Below, piece after piece: positions 30,928-39,002 of a stretch of DNA of 54,053 bases. The position numbers were made by a program, and so were the translations under genes. The notes under the pieces were generated by a model. That model was not told where the DNA came from, did no database searches, and saw only the letters and a program-made list of their open reading frames with translations. Position 1 is the first letter of the stretch. Each line of letters opens with the position of its first letter. The stretch comes from an uncultured bacterium. GTDB taxonomy: Bacteria; DAOPZR01. The stretch is taken from contig CAZFBR010000003.1 in the NCBI GenBank assembly GCA_964517215.1, positions 1 to 54,053 of the forward strand, given 5' to 3'.

Positions 30928-31160
30928 TCCGGCGCCAACTGGCGCATCACGGCAAACAATTCCCGCGACGTGCCCGTATAGCGCTGCGCGTTCCGTCCAC
31001 TCCGAGCGAGCGGACGCCGGCTCGCTGACGTGTACGAACGGCGAGGGCTGCCTGCCCTGCCGCGAATGAGCACGGCGATTCCGTGGGACGGTACGCGAGC
31101 GTATGCACGGATGCTGACGCGGGGTGTGGCTGCGCAGGTTCTGACGAGGGGGTACCGGCA

Positions 31161-31197
31161 GAAAAGGAGCCGCTTCCCCAAGAGGGAAAGCGGCTCC
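31161..31197 (-). terminator. Rho-independent terminator of the beta-helix protein gene
   Basis: Hairpin GGAGCCGCTTCCC / GGGAAAGCGGCTCC with a one-nt bulge. An A-run on the + strand at 31162-31165 gives a T-run after the hairpin on the minus strand. Confidence 0.5.
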
Positions 31198-31241
31198 GTG
31201 ACAGCAGGTGAATGTGCGGCTGCAGCGAACGTGCTGCGTGC

Positions 31242-32924
31242 TCAGTTGGCCAGATCGGCGTCATCCACAACCAGTGCCACCCGGTTGGTTGTCGGAGAGG
31301 AAATGTCGTAGACCACGCCGCGGACCACAATCGCATCGTACGGATCGACTTCGCCCTGGCCGTATTGCTTGAACTCATTCTTGAAGCGCTGATCCGCCTG
31401 CGAACCCTTCTTGCAATAGGCGTAGAGGTACGGCATGGAGGTGGAGAGCCCGCGGAGGCGATAGCAGTTGTACTCTTCACGCGGTGCACTGGCAACGTAG
31501 AAACTGCTCGGGTCCTTGCCGTAATAACCGCAGGTCATTTCTACGGCCTGGCTGGCGAACGGCAGGCAGCGGTTCATGTCCAGCAGGGCGTCGATCGTGG
31601 CAGCGCTGTAGGTCCGGGCGACGGGTGCCGCTGTTGTTGACTGGTAAACTTCGAATGGACCCTGGTACTGCGCACCGATCCCGGCGACGGCGCTGTCGGT
31701 CGCAAAGATCAGGGCTCGCTCCCAGCGATAGGCCGGTGCGAAATTGACCCGGCCGGAACCGGACGACCCCTGCAGGGGAAGCCCGAGCATGCCGCGCCAT
31801 TGGTTCATTTCGTCCCAGGTCACCTTGCCTCCGCCGGTGGACTGGATCTGATTCAGATAGCGGTCGAACCAGCCGGAATCGATCTGGCTGGCGAACCCGG
31901 GATCCGCCACGATGTTGCCGGCGGATTGGCGGCTCAAGCTGCGGTTGCCCGCATCGCGGCCGTTGAGCTTGGTGACATCATCCTCATACAGCGTGCCTCC
32001 GGTCTGGGGATCCCAGTACTTGTAGACGCCGCCCGCATTCTGGAAGAACACATTGGCGGTCAGTTTGCAATAGCGGTTTTGGAATCCGTTGTTGATGCCG
32101 GCAATATTGGCGAACATGAAGATGTTGTTGTCCACCCGGAGCTTGGCTTCGCGTCCGATCTGGAGGCCGTAGCCCTCAACCTCGCCGGAATTCCAGACGA
32201 AGCCGACGGTGTTGTTGCGCACGACCGCTTCGCCGTTCCCGGTCTGGAAATCAAGGGCGCGGTCGATGGTGTTGAGGATGATGCAGTTCGACACCTCAGT
32301 TCCCGCGGCCGGGAGCCCGATGCCGTAATAGCCGTTGACGACGAGGCAGTTCCGCACCTTGACGCCGGGGCTGTGGAACTGGATCCCCGGGGTGTGACCG
32401 GGCCCCAGTCCGAGGGTGAGATCGCCATTGGCATTGTAGGCGTGCCGCGTGTGGCCGTCAACGATGAATCCGTCGATGATGAAATTGGTGGCGTCATCCT
32501 GGCCGCCCTGGCCGACGAGCGCCTCACCGTTGTAGGAGGCAAGGGGGGCGGCAAGAGTATGCTGGCAGCCGATTGCCGTGCAGACGTGGCGATTCCATTC
32601 GGGATCCGGCTGACGCATCAGCACGGTCGGATGCTGCCAGGGCTGACGCACGGAGAAATCAGGGGCATACCCGCCCACCAGGGCGAGGTTGGGCACCTTG
32701 ATGACCCACTTGCCGCCGCCGCCCTTGCCGTAATACACCCCTTCAGCGACATGAATCACATCACCGGCCAAGGCATCAGCCAGGGCGTCATCGATGGTGC
32801 CGTACGGTTTGGCCAGGGTGCCGTCACCGCCGGTGGCGTTGACGCGCACATAGAGGTTTTTGGCAATGCCGGCCACCGGCAGGGCCACCAGCAGAAACAG
32901 GGTCAGCAGCAGCACAGGTCGCAT
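31242..32924 (-). CDS. Secreted right-handed parallel beta-helix repeat protein (pectate-lyase-fold / DUF1565-like)
   Basis: Signal peptide MRPVLLLTLFLLVALPVAGIA, followed by KNLYVRVNATGGDGTLAKPYGTIDDAL..AGDVIHVAEGVYYG, which is typical of beta-helix family N-termini. Confidence 0.75.
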   Translation of the reverse strand: MRPVLLLTLFLLVALPVAGIAKNLYVRVNATGGDGTLAKPYGTIDDALADALAGDVIHVAEGVYYGKGGGGKWVIKVPNLALVGGYAPDFSVRQPWQHPTVLMRQPDPEWNRHVCTAIGCQHTLAAPLASYNGEALVGQGGQDDATNFIIDGFIVDGHTRHAYNANGDLTLGLGPGHTPGIQFHSPGVKVRNCLVVNGYYGIGLPAAGTEVSNCIILNTIDRALDFQTGNGEAVVRNNTVGFVWNSGEVEGYGLQIGREAKLRVDNNIFMFANIAGINNGFQNRYCKLTANVFFQNAGGVYKYWDPQTGGTLYEDDVTKLNGRDAGNRSLSRQSAGNIVADPGFASQIDSGWFDRYLNQIQSTGGGKVTWDEMNQWRGMLGLPLQGSSGSGRVNFAPAYRWERALIFATDSAVAGIGAQYQGPFEVYQSTTAAPVARTYSAATIDALLDMNRCLPFASQAVEMTCGYYGKDPSSFYVASAPREEYNCYRLRGLSTSMPYLYAYCKKGSQADQRFKNEFKQYGQGEVDPYDAIVVRGVVYDISSPTTNRVALVVDDADLAN

Positions 32925-33193
32925 CGTTCATCTCCCGGACAACGATAGTACCGGCAACATGGATTGTCGCCGGCGGATGGTTGCAGGACAATTGTCAATA
33001 GTGTGGCTGAAATAATGGCACGACCGTGAGAAAAGCGACATGGCCATCGTCTCCAGTGCCGGTTTGGGCACAGGGCTTCTTTCCCGCAGGGCAATTTCCG
33101 GCGGCATCGTACCACGCCATCCCCGGCACGTCAATGAATCGGTGACGACGGCGCGCGGGTGATGCGCGATGACGGATGGTGATAACGGTGTTT

Positions 33194-33222
33194 TTGACAT
33201 ACGGCAAACGGCATGCTATCAA
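33194..33222 (+). promoter_or_regulatory. Candidate sigma70 promoter TTGACA-17 nt-TATCAA upstream of the repeat-protein gene
   Basis: TTGACA at 33194-33199 and TATCAA at 33217-33222. RBS GGAAGGAG and the ATG at 33252 follow. Confidence 0.35.
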
Positions 33223-33251
33223 TAGGCACCGATCGGAAGGAGCACAACCAA

Positions 33252-34217
33252 ATGAATACCATAAACAAAGGCCTGGTCATTGGCACAGCGGTCATGATGC
33301 TGATGCCCGTTGGCATGCTGACGGCTTCGGCAAAAAGCCAGAGCACCAGCCGGGACCGTCAGCAGAACCGGCAAAACCGGAGTGACGACGAACAGGACAA
33401 TCGCTCGACTCGTCAATCAAACCGGCAGAACCGGAATGACGACGAACAGGACAATCGTTCCGATCGTCGTTCAAACCGGCAGAACCGGAACAGTGATGAA
33501 CAGGACAATCGTTCCGACCGTCGCTCAAACCGGCAGAACCGGAATGGCGATGAGCAGGACAATCGTTCCGATCGTCAATCGAACCGGCAGAATCGGAACA
33601 GCGACAGGCGGGACAACCGGTCCGGCCGTCAGGCAAACCGGCAGAACCGGAACAATGACGATCAGGACAATCGCTCCAACCGCCAGTCAAACCGGCAGAA
33701 CCGGCGCAACAACGGGCAAAACGAGCGCTCCGACCGTCAGTCAAACCGGCAGAACCGGCGCAACAACGGGCAGGACAACCGCGAGGAGCGGCAGAACCGC
33801 GGGTCGGCGGCGCAGGAAAACCGAACGCACGGTCAGGCAACCAGCCGCGACCAACTGCTCCGCTGCAATGAACGGCTGCAGGAAAACTGCCAGCAGCGGT
33901 ATGAGCGGCGGCAGCAGCATTTGGCCGAAATGAAACGAGTGGCAACCGAGGCAAACGACGAGGAGGCGCTGGCCCGGATTGCGAAACTGGAAGAGCAGAA
34001 CGAAAGCATTTATGCGCGGCGCCAGGAGCAGGTCGAGCAGATCGAAACGCGGGTGCGCGGCGGCGAGGAAGATGCCGACAATGACCATGTCCGGGTTGAC
34101 GCCGACGACGAAGCGGACAATGCCGGTGCTGACCGGGATACTCGCCGGCGGGCGCGGAACGATAACCGGCAGCGGCAACGCGGCGACGGTGACGATGCGG
34201 AAAGCCGGGAAGAGTGA
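33252..34217 (+). CDS. Secreted low-complexity protein with eight 18-aa tandem repeats and a C-terminal coiled-coil-like region
   Basis: Signal peptide MNTINKGLVIGTAVMMLMPVGMLTASA. The repeats have consensus NRQNRNxDEQDNRSDRRS. The C-terminus is rich in E/R/Q heptad-like sequence. Confidence 0.7.
   Translation: MNTINKGLVIGTAVMMLMPVGMLTASAKSQSTSRDRQQNRQNRSDDEQDNRSTRQSNRQNRNDDEQDNRSDRRSNRQNRNSDEQDNRSDRRSNRQNRNGDEQDNRSDRQSNRQNRNSDRRDNRSGRQANRQNRNNDDQDNRSNRQSNRQNRRNNGQNERSDRQSNRQNRRNNGQDNREERQNRGSAAQENRTHGQATSRDQLLRCNERLQENCQQRYERRQQHLAEMKRVATEANDEEALARIAKLEEQNESIYARRQEQVEQIETRVRGGEEDADNDHVRVDADDEADNAGADRDTRRRARNDNRQRQRGDGDDAESREE
33366..33797 (+). repeat. Eight tandem 54-nt in-frame repeats inside the CDS
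   Basis: AACCGGCAGAACCGG recurs at 33366, 33420, 33474, 33528, 33582, 33636, 33690 and 33744, exactly 54 nt apart. Confidence 0.9.
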
Positions 34218-34220
34218 CCA

Positions 34221-34514
34221 ATGAAGACAATCACGCAGATGGTGGTGATGGCGGCAGTGCTGGCGTTGGCCGGCTGCGGCGGTTGCGGCCAACCGGCGGG
34301 TGAAGCGCATCCCGGCGATACGACTGCGGCAGCAGACACGCAGGCGTTTGACCTCGACGCAGCCGCAACGGAGGCGGGACTCGACGCGCGACAGCGGGCG
34401 CTGCTGGAAAGCGCCGACCAGCCGCTGCCTGAGTATGGCACGGTGACGCGGGACAACCTGCATGACAAGCTTGACGCCCTCGAAACGGAGATGGCGGCCG
34501 AAGCGAAAAAGTAA
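34221..34514 (+). CDS. Lipoprotein, function unknown
   Basis: Signal peptide with lipobox: MKTITQMVVMAAVLALAGC. It starts 3 nt after the stop of the repeat-protein gene. Confidence 0.65.
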   Translation: MKTITQMVVMAAVLALAGCGGCGQPAGEAHPGDTTAAADTQAFDLDAAATEAGLDARQRALLESADQPLPEYGTVTRDNLHDKLDALETEMAAEAKK

Positions 34515-34590
34515 GCAGCACCAACCGGGTTGTCGCAGGGTCGGACGCGGCGGAATGAACGAAATTGATGAATACTGTGCGGTGTGAGGA

Positions 34591-34971
34591 GTGCGTGTTG
34601 TCATGGGCGAATCAGCGCCTGCCTGTCAGGCGGAACTCTTTCCTGAAATCCCGTATCCGGTCGTCAGCGAAATCAAGGAAAAGGGATTCTTCAATTATCA
34701 TTACCTTGAGAACGGCTGGCTGCTGATCGAGGCGCTCAAGGAATACGGCCGGAGCTATGGCCGCACGCGCGGTCACCGCTTTGCCCTGCTGGATGATTTG
34801 CGGCTGGTGGTTCATTACGGGAACAACCAGGACGAATGCCTGCGCCTCGCGGCGAACCCGGGGCTGGAGTACCGGCATCAGCGGCTGGCATTCCTGCATG
34901 AACTGAATACCTGGCGCAGCGCGCACGGCATTGACATCCCCGCGGCTGAGCAGCTGCACGGCCAGCCCTGA
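34591..34971 (+). CDS. Hypothetical protein
   Basis: 126-aa ORF starting at GTG 34591 (alternative ATG at 34603). Third codon positions are G/C-rich. No motif recognised. Confidence 0.5.
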   Translation: MRVVMGESAPACQAELFPEIPYPVVSEIKEKGFFNYHYLENGWLLIEALKEYGRSYGRTRGHRFALLDDLRLVVHYGNNQDECLRLAANPGLEYRHQRLAFLHELNTWRSAHGIDIPAAEQLHGQP

Positions 34972-35142
34972 GCAGCGGGCGACGATTCCTGCCGCGGGAC
35001 TGCACGCGCCCGGGACGACAGGGTAACCGTTCCGCGTGCGTTATGACAGCGCCTGCCAGCGGCAATCGACATTTTGCCGGCACTATGATAAATTGGCGGC
35101 AGGCAGCATTCGCTGCCAAATCCGAAACCGAAAGGGTGACGT

Positions 35143-35847
35143 ATGAAAAAGTATCTGGTGATGGTGCTGGCGGCATTGATGGTGATGGTATGCTCTCCGG
35201 CGGTGTTTGCCGAGGACGGGACGAATGCGGCGCTGAATTTCACGCTGGCAAACCAGACCGGGGTGACCATCCACCGCCTGCAGATGTCGCCTTCGACCAC
35301 GGCCAACTGGGAAGAGGATATGCTCGGATCGGAAGTGATGGCGGACGGCACGGAACGCGCCATCACCTTCAGCGGGTACCGTTCGGACGTCACGCTGTGG
35401 GATTTGCGGGTAACGGACGGTGAGGGCACGAGCATTGAATGGCGCGGCCTGGACCTGACGGCCATCACCAAGCTCACCCTGCGCATCGTCGACGGCACAC
35501 CGGTCGCTGAGCGGGAACTGGTTGCAGCTGCTCCGGCGGCGGCGGGCACGAATGCGGCGCTGAATTTCACGCTGGCGAACCAGACCGGGGTGACCATCCA
35601 CCGCCTGCAGATGTCGCCTTCGACCACGGCCAACTGGGAAGAGGATATGCTCGGGTCGGAAGTGATGGCGGACGGCACGGAACGCGCCATCACCTTCAAC
35701 GGATACCGTACGGACGTCGCGCTGTGGGACTTGCGGGTAACGGACGGTGAGGGGACGAGCATTGAATGGCGCGGCCTGGATCTGACCACCATCACCAAGC
35801 TCACCCTGCGCATCGTTGACGGTGCGGCGGTCGCCGAACGGGAATAA
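35143..35847 (+). CDS. Secreted protein made of two tandem, nearly identical domains of about 109 aa
   Basis: Signal peptide MKKYLVMVLAALMVMVCSPAVFA. The block GTNAALNFTLANQTGVTIHRLQMSPSTTANWEEDMLGSEVMADGTERAITF...LRIVDG..VAERE occurs twice. Confidence 0.8.
   Translation: MKKYLVMVLAALMVMVCSPAVFAEDGTNAALNFTLANQTGVTIHRLQMSPSTTANWEEDMLGSEVMADGTERAITFSGYRSDVTLWDLRVTDGEGTSIEWRGLDLTAITKLTLRIVDGTPVAERELVAAAPAAAGTNAALNFTLANQTGVTIHRLQMSPSTTANWEEDMLGSEVMADGTERAITFNGYRTDVALWDLRVTDGEGTSIEWRGLDLTTITKLTLRIVDGAAVAERE
35221..35847 (+). repeat. Tandem 327-bp in-frame duplication
   Basis: ACGAATGCGGCGCTGAATTT occurs at 35221 and again at 35548. The translated copies differ at only a handful of residues. Confidence 0.9.
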
Positions 35848-35878
35848 CTGACCACCGCGCAGCAACGCGAACCATCAT

Positions 35879-35905
35879 CCCGTGGCGAACCGCCACGGGA
35901 TTTTT
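35879..35905 (+). terminator. Rho-independent terminator
   Basis: Perfect 9-bp stem CCCGTGGCG-AAC-CGCCACGGG followed by ATTTTT. Confidence 0.75.
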
Positions 35906-36074
35906 GCCGATGAGCGACACGGAAACGCGCCGGGGCTTGTCGCTATGGCGTGCTGGTTGTGAATGGCAGATGATTACTGCGAAACACCGCGTCGGGCAAG
36001 TGTGTTGTTTGGCATGCGAACATGAAATGCCGTCGTGATGATGGCTGATACCATGAAGTCAGGGAGGCGGGACA

Positions 36075-36317
36075 ATGCGGTTGCTTCTGGTTGGGGTGGT
36101 GGTGCTGCTGTTGTGCGCCGGGTGCGGCGGCTACTACGGGACGTATGATGACGGTTCGTCATCGGGGAGCAGTTCGACCTGCGGTTCCTGCCACGGCTCG
36201 GGCCGGTGCAATACCTGCAACGGGACCGGCCGGTTCCTCGGCACGGGTGAAAGCGGGTGCAGCACCTGCAGCAGCACCGGGGTGTGCATCAACTGCGGCG
36301 GCGACGGCCAATGGTAA
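36075..36317 (+). CDS. Lipoprotein with DnaJ-type zinc-finger repeats (CxxCxGxG)
   Basis: Lipobox in MRLLLVGVVVLLLCAGC. Downstream: CGSCHGSGRCNTCNGTGRFLGTGESGCSTCSSTGVCINCGGDG. Confidence 0.7.
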   Translation: MRLLLVGVVVLLLCAGCGGYYGTYDDGSSSGSSSTCGSCHGSGRCNTCNGTGRFLGTGESGCSTCSSTGVCINCGGDGQW

Positions 36318-36402
36318 CAGCGTAGCGGCAGGAAAGCACACGCCGCAGTGCGCCTGCGGCAGCACTATTGCCGGGAATGCGGCAGACGATGCTGAGGGCG
36401 AT

Positions 36403-37002
36403 TCAGCCGAGCGCGTGGCGGTGCAGCGGACTGTGCGCCTGGCTTGCCGGCTCGCGATAGAGCAGGGAAAAGAGTCCGAGCGCGGCGGCATTCGCCAGCA
36501 TCATGGGAATGGTGACCGGCGCAATAAAGCCGAAGTTCTGCGGGGCCGGTACAATGAGCATGACCAGCACCATGTGCAGACCTTCCATGCCAAAGGCGAG
36601 TGCGCAGAGAAGATAGAGCGAGGGCAGGTTCCCTTTCAGGCGCAGGTGCAGCAGGCCGCCGATGAAACCGGCCAGCATGGCGGCGATGCCGCAGGGAATG
36701 CCCGGGGCGGCGCTATTGACGGCGATGCGATGGACGCCGCCGATGAATCCAGCCAGCAGGCCGGCCAGCGGACCGCCGAGCAGGCCGGCGAGCAGCGGAC
36801 CGGCGTCACGGACATTGGGCAGCGAGTTGTTCGGCATGGGAATGCAGTTGAGGGTCGCCAGGATGGCATACAGTCCGAACATGACCCCCAGCAGCAGCGC
36901 CCCGCGCGGGGCGCTGAAGGATATGCCGCGGGCAGCAAAACGCTTCAGGATAATGGCATAGAGCGCCGTCATGGCGATGACGAGAAACAAGGGTAGCGCC
37001 AC
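36403..37002 (-). CDS. Stand-alone 5TMR-LYT (LytS/YhcK-type 5-TM receptor) domain membrane protein
   Basis: GTG 37002 is preceded by GGGAGG at 9 nt; the ORF-track extension to 37134 lacks an RBS. The motif NVRDAGPLLAGLLGGPLAGLLAGFIGGVHR is typical of the 5TMR-LYT domain. No kinase domain follows. Confidence 0.65.
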   Translation of the reverse strand: MALPLFLVIAMTALYAIILKRFAARGISFSAPRGALLLGVMFGLYAILATLNCIPMPNNSLPNVRDAGPLLAGLLGGPLAGLLAGFIGGVHRIAVNSAAPGIPCGIAAMLAGFIGGLLHLRLKGNLPSLYLLCALAFGMEGLHMVLVMLIVPAPQNFGFIAPVTIPMMLANAAALGLFSLLYREPASQAHSPLHRHALG

Positions 37003-37204
37003 GGTACTATTCCTCCCGGCCACAAAATGTTGGGCATGAATATAGCATAGCGTCATAGTCGCGGCAAGATGGCCAGGGTGCGGGCGAACCGGCATGCGAT
37101 GCGCGGATTGACGGCATGATTGACGATAACGCACCGCGGTGATAGGATACGGTTAGCGAATTGACAAAACTGCTGCTGAACGACACCTGTCGGGGGGATT
37201 TCCT

Positions 37205-38893
37205 GTGACTGAAAAAGCGTCTGCGCCGTATACGATTGCCCGTTATCTGCTGCAGCGGCTGCACGAGGTGGGGGTTGACCACATGTTCGGGGTGCCGGGC
37301 GATTATACCCTGGACTTTCTCGATGTGGTGCTGGCCAGCAAGATCCGCTGGGTGGGGACCTGCAACGAACTGAATGCCGGGTATGCCGCCGACGGGTATG
37401 CCCGGATCAGGGGCATTGGCGCGGCGACGGTGACCTACGGCGTTGGCGCGCTGAGTTTGCTCAATGCGGTTGCCGGCGCCTTTGCCGAACGGGTGCCGCT
37501 GATCGTCATCAGCGGCGCACCGGCGCGGCGCCGGCGCGAAGCAGGCGCGTTGGTCCATCACCTGTTTGTGGATTACGACACCCAGCTGGAGGTGTTTCAG
37601 AAAGTCACGATCGACGCCGCCGTGCTTGCCGATCCGCTGACCGCGCCGGATATCATCGATCGCGTGCTGCAGAAGGCGCGGGTACACAAGTTGCCCGTCT
37701 ATCTTGAGCTGCCCTGCGACATGCCGAATGTCCCCTGTCGGGCGCCGGGGATCATGCCCCGGGGTGATGAGACGGCGTCCGATCCGGACAGCTTGCAGGA
37801 CTGCGTGGCTGAGGTGGCGCAGCTGTTAAATCGGGCCGAGCACCCGGTGCTGCTGGCCGGCGCGGAACTGCACTTTTTCGGTTTGGCTGGCGATACGCTG
37901 CGCCTGGTGGAAACGGCGGAACTCCCCTTTGCGACGATGCTCAGCAGCAAGAGCGTGCTGCCGGAACTGCACCCGCAGTTCATCGGGATCTATCAGGGGG
38001 CGTGGAGCCGCGAGAGCGTGCGCCGGCAGATGGAGGCGTCGGATTGCCTGCTGCTGCTCGGGGCGCAGATGACCGACCTTGATTCCGGTCTGTTCAGCTG
38101 CCAGCTTGATCCCCGGCGTTCGGTGGCGGCAGTCAACAATACGGTGCGCGTGCACAATCACTATTACAGCAATATCCGCCTGGGCGATCTGATCCGCGCG
38201 CTGCCCGCAGTGGTGCAGCCGCGCCCGTACCTGGCGTCGCGGCCCGACCAGCTGAACCTGGTCAAACAGGCCTTCACGCCGGAGGCGGCGCGGCCGCTGA
38301 CTGCCGCCCGCGTTTACGCGCGGATCAACCTGTTCCTTGATGATCACATGGTGCTGCTGGCCGAACCGGGCGATTCCTTCTGTGCCGCGCCCGAATTCCA
38401 CATCGAAGAAGAACGCAATTTCATCGTGCAGTGCTATTACTCGTCCATCGGCTTCTGCACGCCCGCGGCGCTGGGTGTGTCGCTGGCGGAACCGGGCAAG
38501 CGCGCGGTGGTATTGACCGGCGACGGTGCGTTCCAGATGACGGCCCAGGAAGTGGCGACCATGATCCGCCTGCGCTGCCCCGCGATCATCTTCGTGGTCA
38601 ATAACGACGGGTACCTGATTGAGCGGATGCTCCATGAAGACGGCGCCTACAACGACATCCAGCGCTGGCAGTATTCGCAACTGCCGGCAACGTTCGGCGG
38701 CGGCGATGCCGCGCTCGGTATCCGGGTCACGACCGAGGGCAAACTGGAGCAGGCGCTGGCGACAGCGGCGGCGAACCGGGACAAGCTGGTGCTGATCGAC
38801 CTCGTGCTGGACAAGCTCGATTGTTCACCCGGCCTGGCCCGCCTGGGCGCTTCGTTCCGGGCAATGACCGCCAAGGCCGCTCCGCCGCGCTGA
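37205..38893 (+). CDS. Thiamine-pyrophosphate-dependent 2-keto-acid decarboxylase (indolepyruvate/phenylpyruvate/pyruvate decarboxylase family)
   Basis: N-terminus YTIARYLLQRLHEVGVDHMFGVPGDYTLDFLD. TPP-binding motif GDGAFQMTAQE...IIFVVNNDGY. Confidence 0.8.
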   Translation: MTEKASAPYTIARYLLQRLHEVGVDHMFGVPGDYTLDFLDVVLASKIRWVGTCNELNAGYAADGYARIRGIGAATVTYGVGALSLLNAVAGAFAERVPLIVISGAPARRRREAGALVHHLFVDYDTQLEVFQKVTIDAAVLADPLTAPDIIDRVLQKARVHKLPVYLELPCDMPNVPCRAPGIMPRGDETASDPDSLQDCVAEVAQLLNRAEHPVLLAGAELHFFGLAGDTLRLVETAELPFATMLSSKSVLPELHPQFIGIYQGAWSRESVRRQMEASDCLLLLGAQMTDLDSGLFSCQLDPRRSVAAVNNTVRVHNHYYSNIRLGDLIRALPAVVQPRPYLASRPDQLNLVKQAFTPEAARPLTAARVYARINLFLDDHMVLLAEPGDSFCAAPEFHIEEERNFIVQCYYSSIGFCTPAALGVSLAEPGKRAVVLTGDGAFQMTAQEVATMIRLRCPAIIFVVNNDGYLIERMLHEDGAYNDIQRWQYSQLPATFGGGDAALGIRVTTEGKLEQALATAAANRDKLVLIDLVLDKLDCSPGLARLGASFRAMTAKAAPPR

Positions 38894-39002
38894 CGGCGGC
38901 GCGCGTGCCGGTCAGGAAGGAACCGTCGATGCCGCATGATTTTTGCGAACCGCGACGCCTGCAATCGCTGGTGCCCGCGGCCGGCAGGCAACGGCGGCGC
39001 GC

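Noticed and set aside
31800-32948. 382-aa + strand ORF opposite the beta-helix protein gene
   Set aside because: Shadow ORF. The minus-strand product has a signal peptide, beta-helix family N-terminus, RBS context and a terminator.
33366-33797. Regularly spaced repeats that might suggest a CRISPR array
   Set aside because: The repeats are directly tandem with no unique spacers. The period is 54 nt, a multiple of 3, and they sit in-frame within a CDS.
33292-34604. Long alternative-frame and antisense ORFs over the repeat-protein gene (33292-34230 minus, 33382-33933 plus, 33741-34604 minus)
   Set aside because: These are by-products of the 54-nt repeat periodicity and high GC. Only the 33252 frame has a signal peptide, an RBS and a clean repeat unit.
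34878-35865. 325-aa and 260-aa minus-strand ORFs opposite the duplicated-domain gene
   Set aside because: Shadow ORFs prolonged by the tandem duplication. The + strand has a signal peptide and a terminator.
36091-36996. 301-aa + strand ORF spanning the zinc-finger lipoprotein gene and the antisense of the 5TMR-LYT gene
   Set aside because: The translation is Ala/Gly/Arg-rich nonsense. It conflicts with two better-supported genes.
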